64,000 nucleotides of DNA, taken from Bacteroidales bacterium (lineage in GTDB: Bacteria > Bacteroidota > Bacteroidia > Bacteroidales > GCA-2711565). Shown here one piece after another: positions 19,107-28,318 of the stretch (its first letter is position 1; every line of letters begins with the position of its first letter). The notes beneath the pieces were generated by a model. It was not told the origin of the DNA. It did not search any database and saw only the letters and a list, made by a program, of their open reading frames with translations. A program made the position numbers and the translations under genes. The stretch is taken from contig OY775914.1 of assembly GCA_963675215.1 (NCBI GenBank), positions 3,489,127-3,553,126 on the forward strand, in the 5' to 3' direction.

Positions 19107-20081
19107 ATGCTATACATTTCACGTTCAGAAACAGACCCTTACTTTAATATTGCTGCTGAAGAGTATGTATTAAAGGAATTTTCGGAAGATGTGTTTATGT
19201 TATGGCAAAACACACCCTCAATCATAGTCGGAAAACATCAGAACACCCTGGCTGAGATCAATTACCAATATGTTCAAGAACATAAAATCCCAGTTATTAG
19301 ACGCATTACGGGAGGAGGAACTGTTTATCACGATTTAGGCAACCTGAACTTTAGTTTTATTAAAAGTGGAAAAAGGAATCAACTTGTAAATTTTAAAGCC
19401 TTTACCGACCCTATCATTGCCGCCTTAAAAACCATGTCGATTGATGCGAAATTCGAAGGCAAAAATGATTTAAGAATTGACGGCAGAAAAATTTCCGGAA
19501 ATGCCGAACATGTTTTTAAAAACCGCGTGCTCCATCACGGAACCTTACTTTTCTCTTCCGAAATTGGCAAACTTAATGAATCCATTCTGACAACTAAAAA
19601 CTTCGAAGATAAGGCTGTTAAATCAAACAGAAGTGTGGTTGCTAATATTTCTGAATTTTTGAAGTACCCTATGACCCTCGAAGAATTTCGTAATCAAATC
19701 CGCTTTCAAATCATGCAGCATGATCCTGAGGCCAGGCTTTATTCATTCACTGATGAAGATAAACAGAAAATTACTGAATTGGTGCAATCAAAATATTCTC
19801 GCTGGTCGTGGAATTATGCCTATTCACCAAAATACACCTTAACAAAAACGATCAGTTTTAACAAGCAAAAACTGAAGGTTCAACTGATGGTAAAAGAGGG
19901 CATCATCAAAGATTTTATTTATGAAAAGGCAGAGGATAAAAATAAATCTTTGCTTAAATTAAAAAATTTACTCCTTGAGTCTAATCACGAGCCGAATGAA
20001 ATTAAGTCGCGCCTCAAAAAAGATTCAACATTGTTTAAAGATGAAACAGAAATCTTAACTTTACTACAAACATTATTTTAA
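19107..20081 (+). CDS. lplA: Lipoate-protein ligase A
   Basis: DPYFNIAAEEY, RRITGGGTVYHDLGNLN, KISGNA, HHGTLL. Confidence 0.93.
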   Translation: MLYISRSETDPYFNIAAEEYVLKEFSEDVFMLWQNTPSIIVGKHQNTLAEINYQYVQEHKIPVIRRITGGGTVYHDLGNLNFSFIKSGKRNQLVNFKAFTDPIIAALKTMSIDAKFEGKNDLRIDGRKISGNAEHVFKNRVLHHGTLLFSSEIGKLNESILTTKNFEDKAVKSNRSVVANISEFLKYPMTLEEFRNQIRFQIMQHDPEARLYSFTDEDKQKITELVQSKYSRWSWNYAYSPKYTLTKTISFNKQKLKVQLMVKEGIIKDFIYEKAEDKNKSLLKLKNLLLESNHEPNEIKSRLKKDSTLFKDETEILTLLQTLF

Positions 20082-20086
20082 TAAAA

Positions 20087-20899
20087 ATGGAACTTAACAA
20101 TATATTTGATAAACTTTGGGCTGATTATGCCAGCCTTAATCCTTCGGTGCAAAGAGTGCGAGACCTTTTTGAAAAAGAAAACGAAAAAGTTTTAAATGAT
20201 CATATCGCTTTCAGAACCTTCGACCACCCTTCAATTAACATTGCAGTTTTGGCTTCTTTATTTCTTAAAAATGGATATATCGAAAAACAAGATTATCATT
20301 TTGAAGAAAAGCATCTTTATGCAAAACATTATGAGCATGAAAGCACTAAAGACGCACCAAGGGTTTTCATCAGCGAATTAAAAATAAAGGATTTCAGTAC
20401 ACAATTACAACAACTTGTAAACAACACCATTAACTCTGTGCCTTTAGCATCCTATAATACTGAAGATTTATTATTTAGTGGTCGCATTTGGGAAAAGCCT
20501 TCCATAGAAGTTTATAATGTTTTAAGAGAAGAGTCGGAATATGCAGCCTGGCTTTACGTTTTTGGATTTAGAGCAAATCATTTTACGGTAAATGTAAATG
20601 AACTGAAAAACTTGAACTCGGTTGAAAAAGTGAACACATTCCTTAAAGACAATGGATTTTCAATTAATGATTCAGGTGGAGAAATCAAAGGATCACCTGT
20701 TGAACTTTTAGAGCAATCCAGCATTAAATCAGAGACCATCCAGGTGGAATTTAAAGAAGGAGTGTTTGATATCCCAGGTTGTTATTACGAATTTGCAAAA
20801 CGCTATCCCGATGTGGATGGGAAATTATATTCGGGTTTTATTGCTAAATCAGCAGATAAAATTTTTGAGAGCACAGATTTTTATAAAAAAGAGGATTAG
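20087..20899 (+). CDS. DUF1338 family (2-oxoadipate dioxygenase/decarboxylase, HglS-like)
   Basis: NDHIAFRT, PRVFISEL, ESEYAAW, ANHFT, LLEQSS, YYEFA (His/His/Glu metal triad). Confidence 0.85.
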   Translation: MELNNIFDKLWADYASLNPSVQRVRDLFEKENEKVLNDHIAFRTFDHPSINIAVLASLFLKNGYIEKQDYHFEEKHLYAKHYEHESTKDAPRVFISELKIKDFSTQLQQLVNNTINSVPLASYNTEDLLFSGRIWEKPSIEVYNVLREESEYAAWLYVFGFRANHFTVNVNELKNLNSVEKVNTFLKDNGFSINDSGGEIKGSPVELLEQSSIKSETIQVEFKEGVFDIPGCYYEFAKRYPDVDGKLYSGFIAKSADKIFESTDFYKKED

Positions 20900-20914
20900 A
20901 AAGCAACTGCGAAG

Positions 20915-23833
20915 ATGGAAGACAAATTTATTCAACTTCAAAACCATTTTAAAGGCGATGTTTACAGTGATGAGACCATGCGCATTTTATATGCAACAGA
21001 TGCTTCGGCTTACCGGGAGTTTCCATTGGCAGTGGTTCGACCCAAAGATGAAGAAGATCTCAAAACCATCATCAATTTTGCAATCCAACATGGCACTTCA
21101 ATTATCCCACGAACCGCAGGAACTTCACTTGCAGGGCAGGTTGTTGGAAACGGGATCATCGTAGACGTTTCAAAATACATGACTCAAATCATTGAGTTGA
21201 ATGAGGAAGAAAAATGGGTCAAGGTTCAACCGGGGGTGGTTTTAGACGAACTAAATCAATTTCTTGCCCCGAAGAATTTGTTCTTCGGACCGGAAACCTC
21301 CACCGCTAACCGTTGCATGATAGGCGGCATGGTGGGCAACAATGCCTGTGGCGCTCATTCACTTATTTACGGAAGCACCCGAAATCATACCTTATCTGTT
21401 AAAGCAATTTTAAGTGATTGCTCGGAAGTTGAATTCAAAGAATTAGGTAAGGACGAATTTGAAGAAAAGCTTAATGGCAATGCTTTAGAAAATAAGCTCT
21501 ACCAACAAATCAATTCCATTCTCTCAAATATCGAAAATCAAAATGAAATTAGGAAAGAATTCCCCGATCCAAAAATAGAGAGAAGAAATACGGGTTATGC
21601 CATTGATCTACTTTTACAAACTAACATATTTAGCAAAGTAGAGGAAAATTTTAATTTTTCTAAACTGATTGCAGGTTCAGAGGGAACATTGGCTTTTATC
21701 ACTGAAATTAAATTAAACCTGGTTCCCCTCCCACCACCTGAAAAGATTTTGGTTTGTATTCATTTTAATTCAATCCAAGAGGCGCTTCGAGCTAATATAA
21801 TTACTTTAGAACATCAACCGGCATCCATTGAGTTGATGGATAATATTATTCTGGAGTGTACCAAAGACAATATTAGTCAGAAGAAAAATCGCTTTTTCTT
21901 AAAAGGCGATCCTGCGGTAATTTTAATTGTAGAATTTACAGGGGATTTAATTGAAGAATTAAAATCAAAAGCCATTGAGCTTGAAAAGGTACTTCGAAAA
22001 CAAAATTTAGGTTATCATTTTCCAATCGTTGAGAATGAGAACATCCCTAAAGTTTGGCAACTTCGCAAAGCCGGACTGGGCTTATTAGCAAATATTCCCG
22101 GCGATGCCAAACCTGCTCCTGTGGTTGAAGACACGGCAGTTAGCCCAGAGGTTTTACCGCAGTATATCGAGGAATTTGATCAGCTTTTAAAAAAGCACGG
22201 CTTATCCTGTGTTTACTATGCTCATGTTGCAACAGGTGAACTTCATCTTCGCCCTGTTCTAAATCTAAAAACCGCAGAAGGTGTTGAGCTTTTCCATACC
22301 ATCGCACTTGAAACCGCTAAGCTTGTTAAAAAATATCGAGGGTCGCTCAGCGGAGAACATGGTGATGGGAGATTAAGAGGAGAGTTTATCCCTTTAATGA
22401 TTGGGGAGAAAAACTATCAGCTTTTAAAAGAAATTAAAAACACCTGGGATCCTCATCATATTTTTAATCCAAATAAAATTGTTGATACACCGAAGATGAA
22501 TACCAGTCTTCGTTACGATCCTGAAATAAAAACGACAGCAATTAAAACGGTTTTTGATTTCTCAAAAGATCAAGGAATTTTAAGAGCTGTTGAAAAATGT
22601 AATGGTTCGGGTGATTGCCGAAAATCGGAATTGATTGGAGGTACCATGTGCCCCAGTTTTATGGCAACCCGAGATGAAAAAAATTCTACACGTGCCCGTG
22701 CCAATATATTAAGAGAATTCTTAACTAATTCAACCAAGAAAAACCCTTTCGACCATCAGGAAGTTTATGAGGTGATGGATTTGTGTCTCTCTTGCAAAGG
22801 ATGCAAATCAGAGTGCCCCTCAAGTGTTGATATCACAAAATACAAAGCCGAGTTTCTGCAGCATTATTATAAGAGCAATGGGATTCCTTTAAGAACAAGA
22901 GCCATTGCCTATATCAATGTTTTTAATAAATTAGGTTCAATTTTTCCAGGCATCTTCAATTTCTTTGTCACGAATAATTTCACCTCATTATTGTTAAAGA
23001 AAACCCTCAAATTTGCACCAAACAGAAGCATCCCCACACTTTCTAAAATTACACTTCAATCATTTAGCCGTAAATACAATCAGAGATTAGATCGCGAAAT
23101 TGGTAAGGTTTATTTGTTTGTGGATGAATTTACCGATTATAACGATACCCATGTTGGAATTGCAGCCATCAAGCTGCTAAACAGAATGGGATACAAGGTT
23201 GAAATTCCAAAGCATGATTTGAGTGGAAGAACTTTTCTTTCAAAAGGATTAATTAAAACGGCAAAAAAGATTGCCACTAAAAATGTAGCATTACTCAAGG
23301 ATCTCATCTCTGAGGAACATCCCTTAATTGGGATTGAACCTTCTGGAATTCTAAGCTTTAGAGATGAATATCCTGAATTGGTTGACAAAGAACTGGTTCA
23401 AGATGCAAAAGCATTGAAAAAAAACGCACTCATGTTTGATGAGTTTTTTATGCAAGAAGTTGGCAAAGGAAAAATCGCAAAGGAATTATTTAAAACTGAT
23501 AAACAGAAAATAAAGCTACATGGGCATTGTCATCAAAAAGCATTAGCCTCAACAGGACCGACAAAGGAAATGTTGAGTTTCCCGAAAAATTATGATGTGA
23601 CCGAAATTAAATCGGGCTGTTGTGGAATGGCAGGCTCATTTGGTTACGAAAAAGAACATTATGATTTATCAATGAAAGTTGGCGAATTGGTGCTGTTTCC
23701 TGAAGTTAGAAAGACCGATAAATTCACGCTCATTTCCGCTCCCGGTACCAGTTGCCGTCATCAGATCAAAGACGGGACTGGCAAAACCGCTTATCATCCG
23801 GTTGAAATCATGTATGAGGCGCTCGCAAAATAA
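20915..23833 (+). CDS. ydiJ: FAD-binding + 4Fe-4S oxidoreductase, YdiJ / D-2-hydroxyglutarate dehydrogenase-like
   Basis: YATDAS, GTSLAGQ, GSEGTL, SGEHGDG, CNGSGDC, CLSCKGCKSECP, HGHCHQKA, CCGMAGSFG. Confidence 0.8.
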   Translation: MEDKFIQLQNHFKGDVYSDETMRILYATDASAYREFPLAVVRPKDEEDLKTIINFAIQHGTSIIPRTAGTSLAGQVVGNGIIVDVSKYMTQIIELNEEEKWVKVQPGVVLDELNQFLAPKNLFFGPETSTANRCMIGGMVGNNACGAHSLIYGSTRNHTLSVKAILSDCSEVEFKELGKDEFEEKLNGNALENKLYQQINSILSNIENQNEIRKEFPDPKIERRNTGYAIDLLLQTNIFSKVEENFNFSKLIAGSEGTLAFITEIKLNLVPLPPPEKILVCIHFNSIQEALRANIITLEHQPASIELMDNIILECTKDNISQKKNRFFLKGDPAVILIVEFTGDLIEELKSKAIELEKVLRKQNLGYHFPIVENENIPKVWQLRKAGLGLLANIPGDAKPAPVVEDTAVSPEVLPQYIEEFDQLLKKHGLSCVYYAHVATGELHLRPVLNLKTAEGVELFHTIALETAKLVKKYRGSLSGEHGDGRLRGEFIPLMIGEKNYQLLKEIKNTWDPHHIFNPNKIVDTPKMNTSLRYDPEIKTTAIKTVFDFSKDQGILRAVEKCNGSGDCRKSELIGGTMCPSFMATRDEKNSTRARANILREFLTNSTKKNPFDHQEVYEVMDLCLSCKGCKSECPSSVDITKYKAEFLQHYYKSNGIPLRTRAIAYINVFNKLGSIFPGIFNFFVTNNFTSLLLKKTLKFAPNRSIPTLSKITLQSFSRKYNQRLDREIGKVYLFVDEFTDYNDTHVGIAAIKLLNRMGYKVEIPKHDLSGRTFLSKGLIKTAKKIATKNVALLKDLISEEHPLIGIEPSGILSFRDEYPELVDKELVQDAKALKKNALMFDEFFMQEVGKGKIAKELFKTDKQKIKLHGHCHQKALASTGPTKEMLSFPKNYDVTEIKSGCCGMAGSFGYEKEHYDLSMKVGELVLFPEVRKTDKFTLISAPGTSCRHQIKDGTGKTAYHPVEIMYEALAK

Positions 23834-23848
23834 CAGATTTTTTTTATC

Positions 23849-24026
23849 CACCCTTAGATACGATTTCTATGAAATCATTTAAGGTACGGAATTGAAGAAA
23901 AGTTGAGTTTCTTGTGTAAACAAGAAGTATCGAAACATCCTCTGCACCTTTCGATACGTTCCTTTGGAACACTCAAGGTGCATCCAGAAATGGTCATTGA
24001 GTGCGAAGCGTATCGAAATGCCATTT
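23849..24026. repeat. Cluster of four alternating-orientation REP-like hairpin units (TTCGATAC-stem-loop-ACTCA)
   Basis: Units near 23849-23885 (+, degenerate), 23902-23936 (-), 23943-23982 (+), 23991-24023 (-). Confidence 0.75.
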
Positions 24027-24144
24027 CGTTTAAATTGAAAATTTCACATCAAAAATATTAATTTGAAAAATAAATTAATATTTATTTGGTTAATTAAATT
24101 AACTACTTTATATTTGTGGCTAGATTTAATTTCAAAACCCTAAA

Positions 24145-24732
24145 ATGGACAAAGCAAATCTAACACCCGAAGAAAGTCTCTCCTTAATTGCACAAACCAT
24201 TGAAGAGACCAAAGAAAAATTTAAAGAAAACGGTCATAAATTTGTGTTTTGGGGCATATTAACATTTATTGTTTCACTATGCCAATTCCTGATCATCCAG
24301 TTGGAATTAAACATCCAAACGGGATTCCCCGCGCTGCTCTACGTGCTGGGGGGGACTTTTGCATATATTTATGAAGGTAAAACATCCAAAAAGAAAAACA
24401 TACCCAAAACCATCATAGGCAGTATCCTGTTTTGGATGGCAACGGTAATGGGTTGCAATTTGTTGATTTTGGGGCCTCTTTTCTCTTCACAACTCGGGAT
24501 GGCATTGATCCCTGTATTCTCAATTTTTCTGGCTTTTTTAATTATATTATGCGGAGTGGCAATCAAATATAAACCACTTATAATTGGTGGTGTTTTACTA
24601 AATGTCATCGCATTTATTCCTTTTTTAATAGATTGGCAGTTTCATTTTTTAATCCTGACGGCAGGTTCTGTAGTAGCTTTAATCATCCCGGGTATCTTAC
24701 TTAATATAGCGCATAGAAAAGAACATGTTTAA
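24145..24732 (+). CDS. Multi-pass membrane protein
   Basis: ESLSLIAQTIEETK N-terminus followed by about 6 hydrophobic helices; TATATTTG promoter at 24109-24116. Confidence 0.75.
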   Translation: MDKANLTPEESLSLIAQTIEETKEKFKENGHKFVFWGILTFIVSLCQFLIIQLELNIQTGFPALLYVLGGTFAYIYEGKTSKKKNIPKTIIGSILFWMATVMGCNLLILGPLFSSQLGMALIPVFSIFLAFLIILCGVAIKYKPLIIGGVLLNVIAFIPFLIDWQFHFLILTAGSVVALIIPGILLNIAHRKEHV

Positions 24733-25012
24733 AGATTTAGATCCCATATTACATTCACAGCTTCGATTGTCAATCATCTCAATTTTGATGACAGTTGACG
24801 AAGCAAATTTCAGCTTCATTAAAGAATCTACTAAGGCTGCAGCCGGCAATATAAGTATCCAGATAAAAAAACTACAGGAAGCAGGCTATATTAAAGTTGA
24901 AAAAACATTTAAAGATAATTATCCAAATACGAATGTCTCAATTACCAGCAAAGGAGTAAAAGCATTTGAAACCTATGTAAACGATCTTAAAAAATACATT
25001 AACCCTAAATAA
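24725..25012 (+). CDS. Winged-helix transcriptional regulator (HTH_34/MarR-like)
   Basis: LDPILHSQLRLSIISIL...GNISIQIKKLQEAGYI. Confidence 0.88.
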   Translation: MFKDLDPILHSQLRLSIISILMTVDEANFSFIKESTKAAAGNISIQIKKLQEAGYIKVEKTFKDNYPNTNVSITSKGVKAFETYVNDLKKYINPK

Positions 25013-25061
25013 TTTTTTTATTAATCTGGTTAATTTTATTAACTTCTTAATTTTCTAAACA

Positions 25062-26024
25062 ATGAAAAAGACAACATTTATTCTCACAATCTCCATACTG
25101 ATAGCAACAGGAAGCATCGCTCAACAAAATCAGGAAAAATTTACTTACAATTTCCATGGTTCTAATAATTCAGTGTTGAACTTCTATCGACAATACAGTT
25201 CGTACACTGATCCGGGAGAATATGCATATTTGTATAAAAACCTTCCTGATTCATTAGCGGAGCTTTGCGGTTTAATAAAATCCCAGATTATTCATCCCTA
25301 TGGTGAATTGCAAAAATATCGTGAGCAAATCCCTAAAGAGAGATGGAATGAATACATGGGGTATCCAAGCGTTAAATCTATTTTGGAGGGACTTCTATCA
25401 CATGACTCCAGAGGCTTGGTTAGTGACCGGAAACCTGAAGACCGATTGGTATTAGGTTGTAACCAAAATGCTATTCTACTGGCATCCATATTAAAGTTTC
25501 GTGGAATTCCAACCAGAGTTCGAGGTGGACATGCCACCTATTTATTGCCCGGGTTTCATATTAGTCATACCATATGCGAAGTATGGAATGAAAATGATAA
25601 GCGTTGGATGCTTGTAGATCCGAGTATGGATATGATAGATTTTAGCAGAGAAAAATTTGACTTTAGTAACGAATTATGGCTAAAACTACAAAACAAGGAA
25701 ATCGATCCCAACCTCTATGGGCTTCCCGGAAGATATACCGGATTGGTTTCGATAGTTGGGAAAGTTAGTCCGGATTTAGCAATGGTATTGGGAACCGAAT
25801 ATCCAATTTATCAATATGCACCCATATTAGATGATGCTTTCGACAAGGATAAGCAATTAAGTGCTAAACAAATAGAAACGCTGAACAAAATATGTGAATT
25901 AATGAAATCACTTGACGCTGAAAATCTTTCCAAATTACAGGATATTTATAATTATACTACTGAAATTCAAATGACAAAATCATTATTGGATAAAATGTCA
26001 GTAAGTGTCAGGGATGAAAAATAA
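25062..26024 (+). CDS. Exported transglutaminase-like domain protein
   Basis: Signal peptide; LGCNQNAILLASIL (Cys), GIPTRVR, SHTICEVW (His), WMLVDP (Asp). Confidence 0.8.
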   Translation: MKKTTFILTISILIATGSIAQQNQEKFTYNFHGSNNSVLNFYRQYSSYTDPGEYAYLYKNLPDSLAELCGLIKSQIIHPYGELQKYREQIPKERWNEYMGYPSVKSILEGLLSHDSRGLVSDRKPEDRLVLGCNQNAILLASILKFRGIPTRVRGGHATYLLPGFHISHTICEVWNENDKRWMLVDPSMDMIDFSREKFDFSNELWLKLQNKEIDPNLYGLPGRYTGLVSIVGKVSPDLAMVLGTEYPIYQYAPILDDAFDKDKQLSAKQIETLNKICELMKSLDAENLSKLQDIYNYTTEIQMTKSLLDKMSVSVRDEK

Positions 26025-26069
26025 TATTAAATCTATTTATCCCATAATGTTCTTTTTCAATTTTGGATA

Positions 26070-26100
26070 AACAACTCATCCCTAAAATCCAACAACTCAT
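26070..26100 (+). promoter_or_regulatory. LytTR-type direct-repeat operator candidate
   Basis: AACAACTCAT at 26070-26079 and 26091-26100, period 21 bp, upstream of an ABC exporter. Confidence 0.55.
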
Positions 26101-26182
26101 AATATTTAATTAACATGATTGCCCAATTTATGCATACTTTGTCAGTACATAATAAATCAATAAACAGTAAAATTAGAATAAT

Positions 26183-27109
26183 ATGATTGATGTTTTAAAC
26201 CTTAAAAAATCATTCGACAACATTGAGGCCTTGAAAGGTATTTCATTCAACATTCCGCAAGGTGAATGTTATGGGATGTTGGGTCCAAATGGCGCAGGCA
26301 AAACAACAACAATCTCTATCATGAGCACCGTAATAGCGCCAAATGAAGGAGAGGTGAGCATTGCCGGATATGATTTGAAGAAAAATCCGTTGGATTGTAA
26401 AAAAAATATTGGTGTTGTTACACAAGAAATAGCGCTATACAATGAGCTATCGGCCTATGATAACTTGTTGTTTTGGGGAGGCATATATAATGTGCCGAAA
26501 CCGGAATTAAAAGTACGTATAGATGAAATAGTAACTCTGTTCGGAATTGAAGACAGGAAGAACGATAAGGTAAAAACCTATTCTGGCGGAATGAAACGCA
26601 GAGTTAATATCGCTTCTGCATTGCTTCATCGACCTAAGGTTTTATTTATGGATGAACCCACTGTTGGGATTGATCCTCAAAGTCGAAATTTAATTTTTGA
26701 GGTTGTTGAAAAGCTGCATAAAGAGGGAATGACCATTATTTATACCACGCATTACATGGAAGAGGCTGAACGTTTATGCGATCGCATTGGAATTATCGAC
26801 AATGGAGAAATCATTGCTCAGGGAACCTTGGACGAATTAAAAAAATCTGGTTCGATGAAAGAAACCGTTGTGATTTCTTTTAGTAATCTTACGGATGAGC
26901 ACTACAATGCAAGCGCTAATAATTGGAACGATCACCAACGTTTCGATGACACCATCCATTTCTATTCCATGAATATTCAAGGTGATTTATCGAAAATAAT
27001 ATTAAAGTGCAATGAGGTCGGACTCCACATTTCGAATATCGACATCCGAAAAATAAACCTTGAAAGCATATTTTTAAGTTTAACCGGCAAACAACTCAGA
27101 GACTCATGA
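26183..27109 (+). CDS. ABC-2 type exporter ATP-binding protein
   Basis: GPNGAGKTT, YSGGMKRR, FMDEPTVGIDP, TTHYMEEA. Confidence 0.95.
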   Translation: MIDVLNLKKSFDNIEALKGISFNIPQGECYGMLGPNGAGKTTTISIMSTVIAPNEGEVSIAGYDLKKNPLDCKKNIGVVTQEIALYNELSAYDNLLFWGGIYNVPKPELKVRIDEIVTLFGIEDRKNDKVKTYSGGMKRRVNIASALLHRPKVLFMDEPTVGIDPQSRNLIFEVVEKLHKEGMTIIYTTHYMEEAERLCDRIGIIDNGEIIAQGTLDELKKSGSMKETVVISFSNLTDEHYNASANNWNDHQRFDDTIHFYSMNIQGDLSKIILKCNEVGLHISNIDIRKINLESIFLSLTGKQLRDS

Positions 27110-27861
27110 TAAAACTTGTACAAAAAGATTTGAAATTATTTTTCGCCAATAAGCGCGACTTGTTATTGACTTTTGCATTGCCTATTATCATCATAACCCT
27201 TTTTGCCTCTATTTTCGGTAATATGAACAATGGCGAAAAAGGCCAGATTGCGGGGCTGGTTCATTCAGTGTCAGGCACTGCAGTGATGATGCTTTTATTT
27301 TCGGTGGCCGAGATAGGCGGAAGTCTTTTGGACGAAAAGCAAGAAGGTATGTTAAAGAAAATGCTCTGTTCTCCCATGCATCCCAATCATATTCTATTGG
27401 GAAAATTGACTTTTGCCAATATCATTTCTATGGCCCAATTGTCAATCATGTTTATTTACGCATGGCTGGTTTTTGGTTTAGACATCGTGCACCATCTTCC
27501 TGCTTTAGCACTCATGATATTTGCAACGGCTTTTGCCTGTGCGAGCTTTGGGGTACTTCTTGCTTCCTTCGCAAAAACACGAAAACAGGTACAGTCGCTA
27601 TCAACCTTAATCATACTAATCATGAGTGCCATTGGAGGAAGCATGGTTCCCATTTTTATCATGCCGGCATTCATGCAAAAGATTGCTGTGGTATCTGTTA
27701 ATTATTGGGGTATCCAGGGCTTTTACGACATCTTTATGAGACTTCTACCAATTACAGATTTGATATTTTTATCACGAGTTCTTGTTTTACTAGGCATTGG
27801 ATCAGTACTGAATATCATAGCGTTGCTGATGTTTAAGAAAAATATTTTAAAGATTGTTTAG
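27106..27861 (+). CDS. ABC-2 type exporter permease
   Basis: Six hydrophobic segments, DEKQEG motif, SAIGGSMVP; overlaps the ATPase gene. Confidence 0.88.
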   Translation: MIKLVQKDLKLFFANKRDLLLTFALPIIIITLFASIFGNMNNGEKGQIAGLVHSVSGTAVMMLLFSVAEIGGSLLDEKQEGMLKKMLCSPMHPNHILLGKLTFANIISMAQLSIMFIYAWLVFGLDIVHHLPALALMIFATAFACASFGVLLASFAKTRKQVQSLSTLIILIMSAIGGSMVPIFIMPAFMQKIAVVSVNYWGIQGFYDIFMRLLPITDLIFLSRVLVLLGIGSVLNIIALLMFKKNILKIV

Positions 27862-28318
27862 AAGGGTAAATCATGGCTTTCAAAAGGTATTAACGACAAT
27901 AAAATGACATTCAGTAGTCATTCAGTTGACATACGTTGTAATTCACCAGAGATACAATTATTTAATCTGAACCTTTAACAATTGAACTATGTAATAATGA
28001 ATTTTCTGAAATCTTAAATTGACAATTAACATTCGAATATTAATTAGCTCATTCTCATCCACCCGAACCACAGATCTTCTCGACTTCTGACCCTTTTCAC
28101 ATTAGCACATTCTCAAATTTTAAATTAATTTCCCTATATTTAAATCTTGAAATTCTGCCCACCCTCGGATAGCAAAGTTGATTAAGAATTTCATCTCCCA
28201 AAATTGAAATTAAGTTAATCGATTTTAAATTAAACGATGAAATATAAAATTTATAAAAACCTGAGCAATAAACCCCTAGATGGCATGTATTGTTCTGTAA
28301 AGGTGAACATATATACTA

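Noticed and set aside
23849-24026. CRISPR array or hammerhead ribozyme
   Set aside because: Units alternate in orientation, differ internally and lack regular spacers; no cas genes; the TGAGT...GTATCGAA core does not match the hammerhead CUGANGA/GAAA consensus.
27900-28140. Short imperfect repeats (ACAATT, ATTAGCACATTCTCA, CTTCTCGACTTCTGAC)
   Set aside because: Too degenerate and low-complexity to define an element; no associated ORF.
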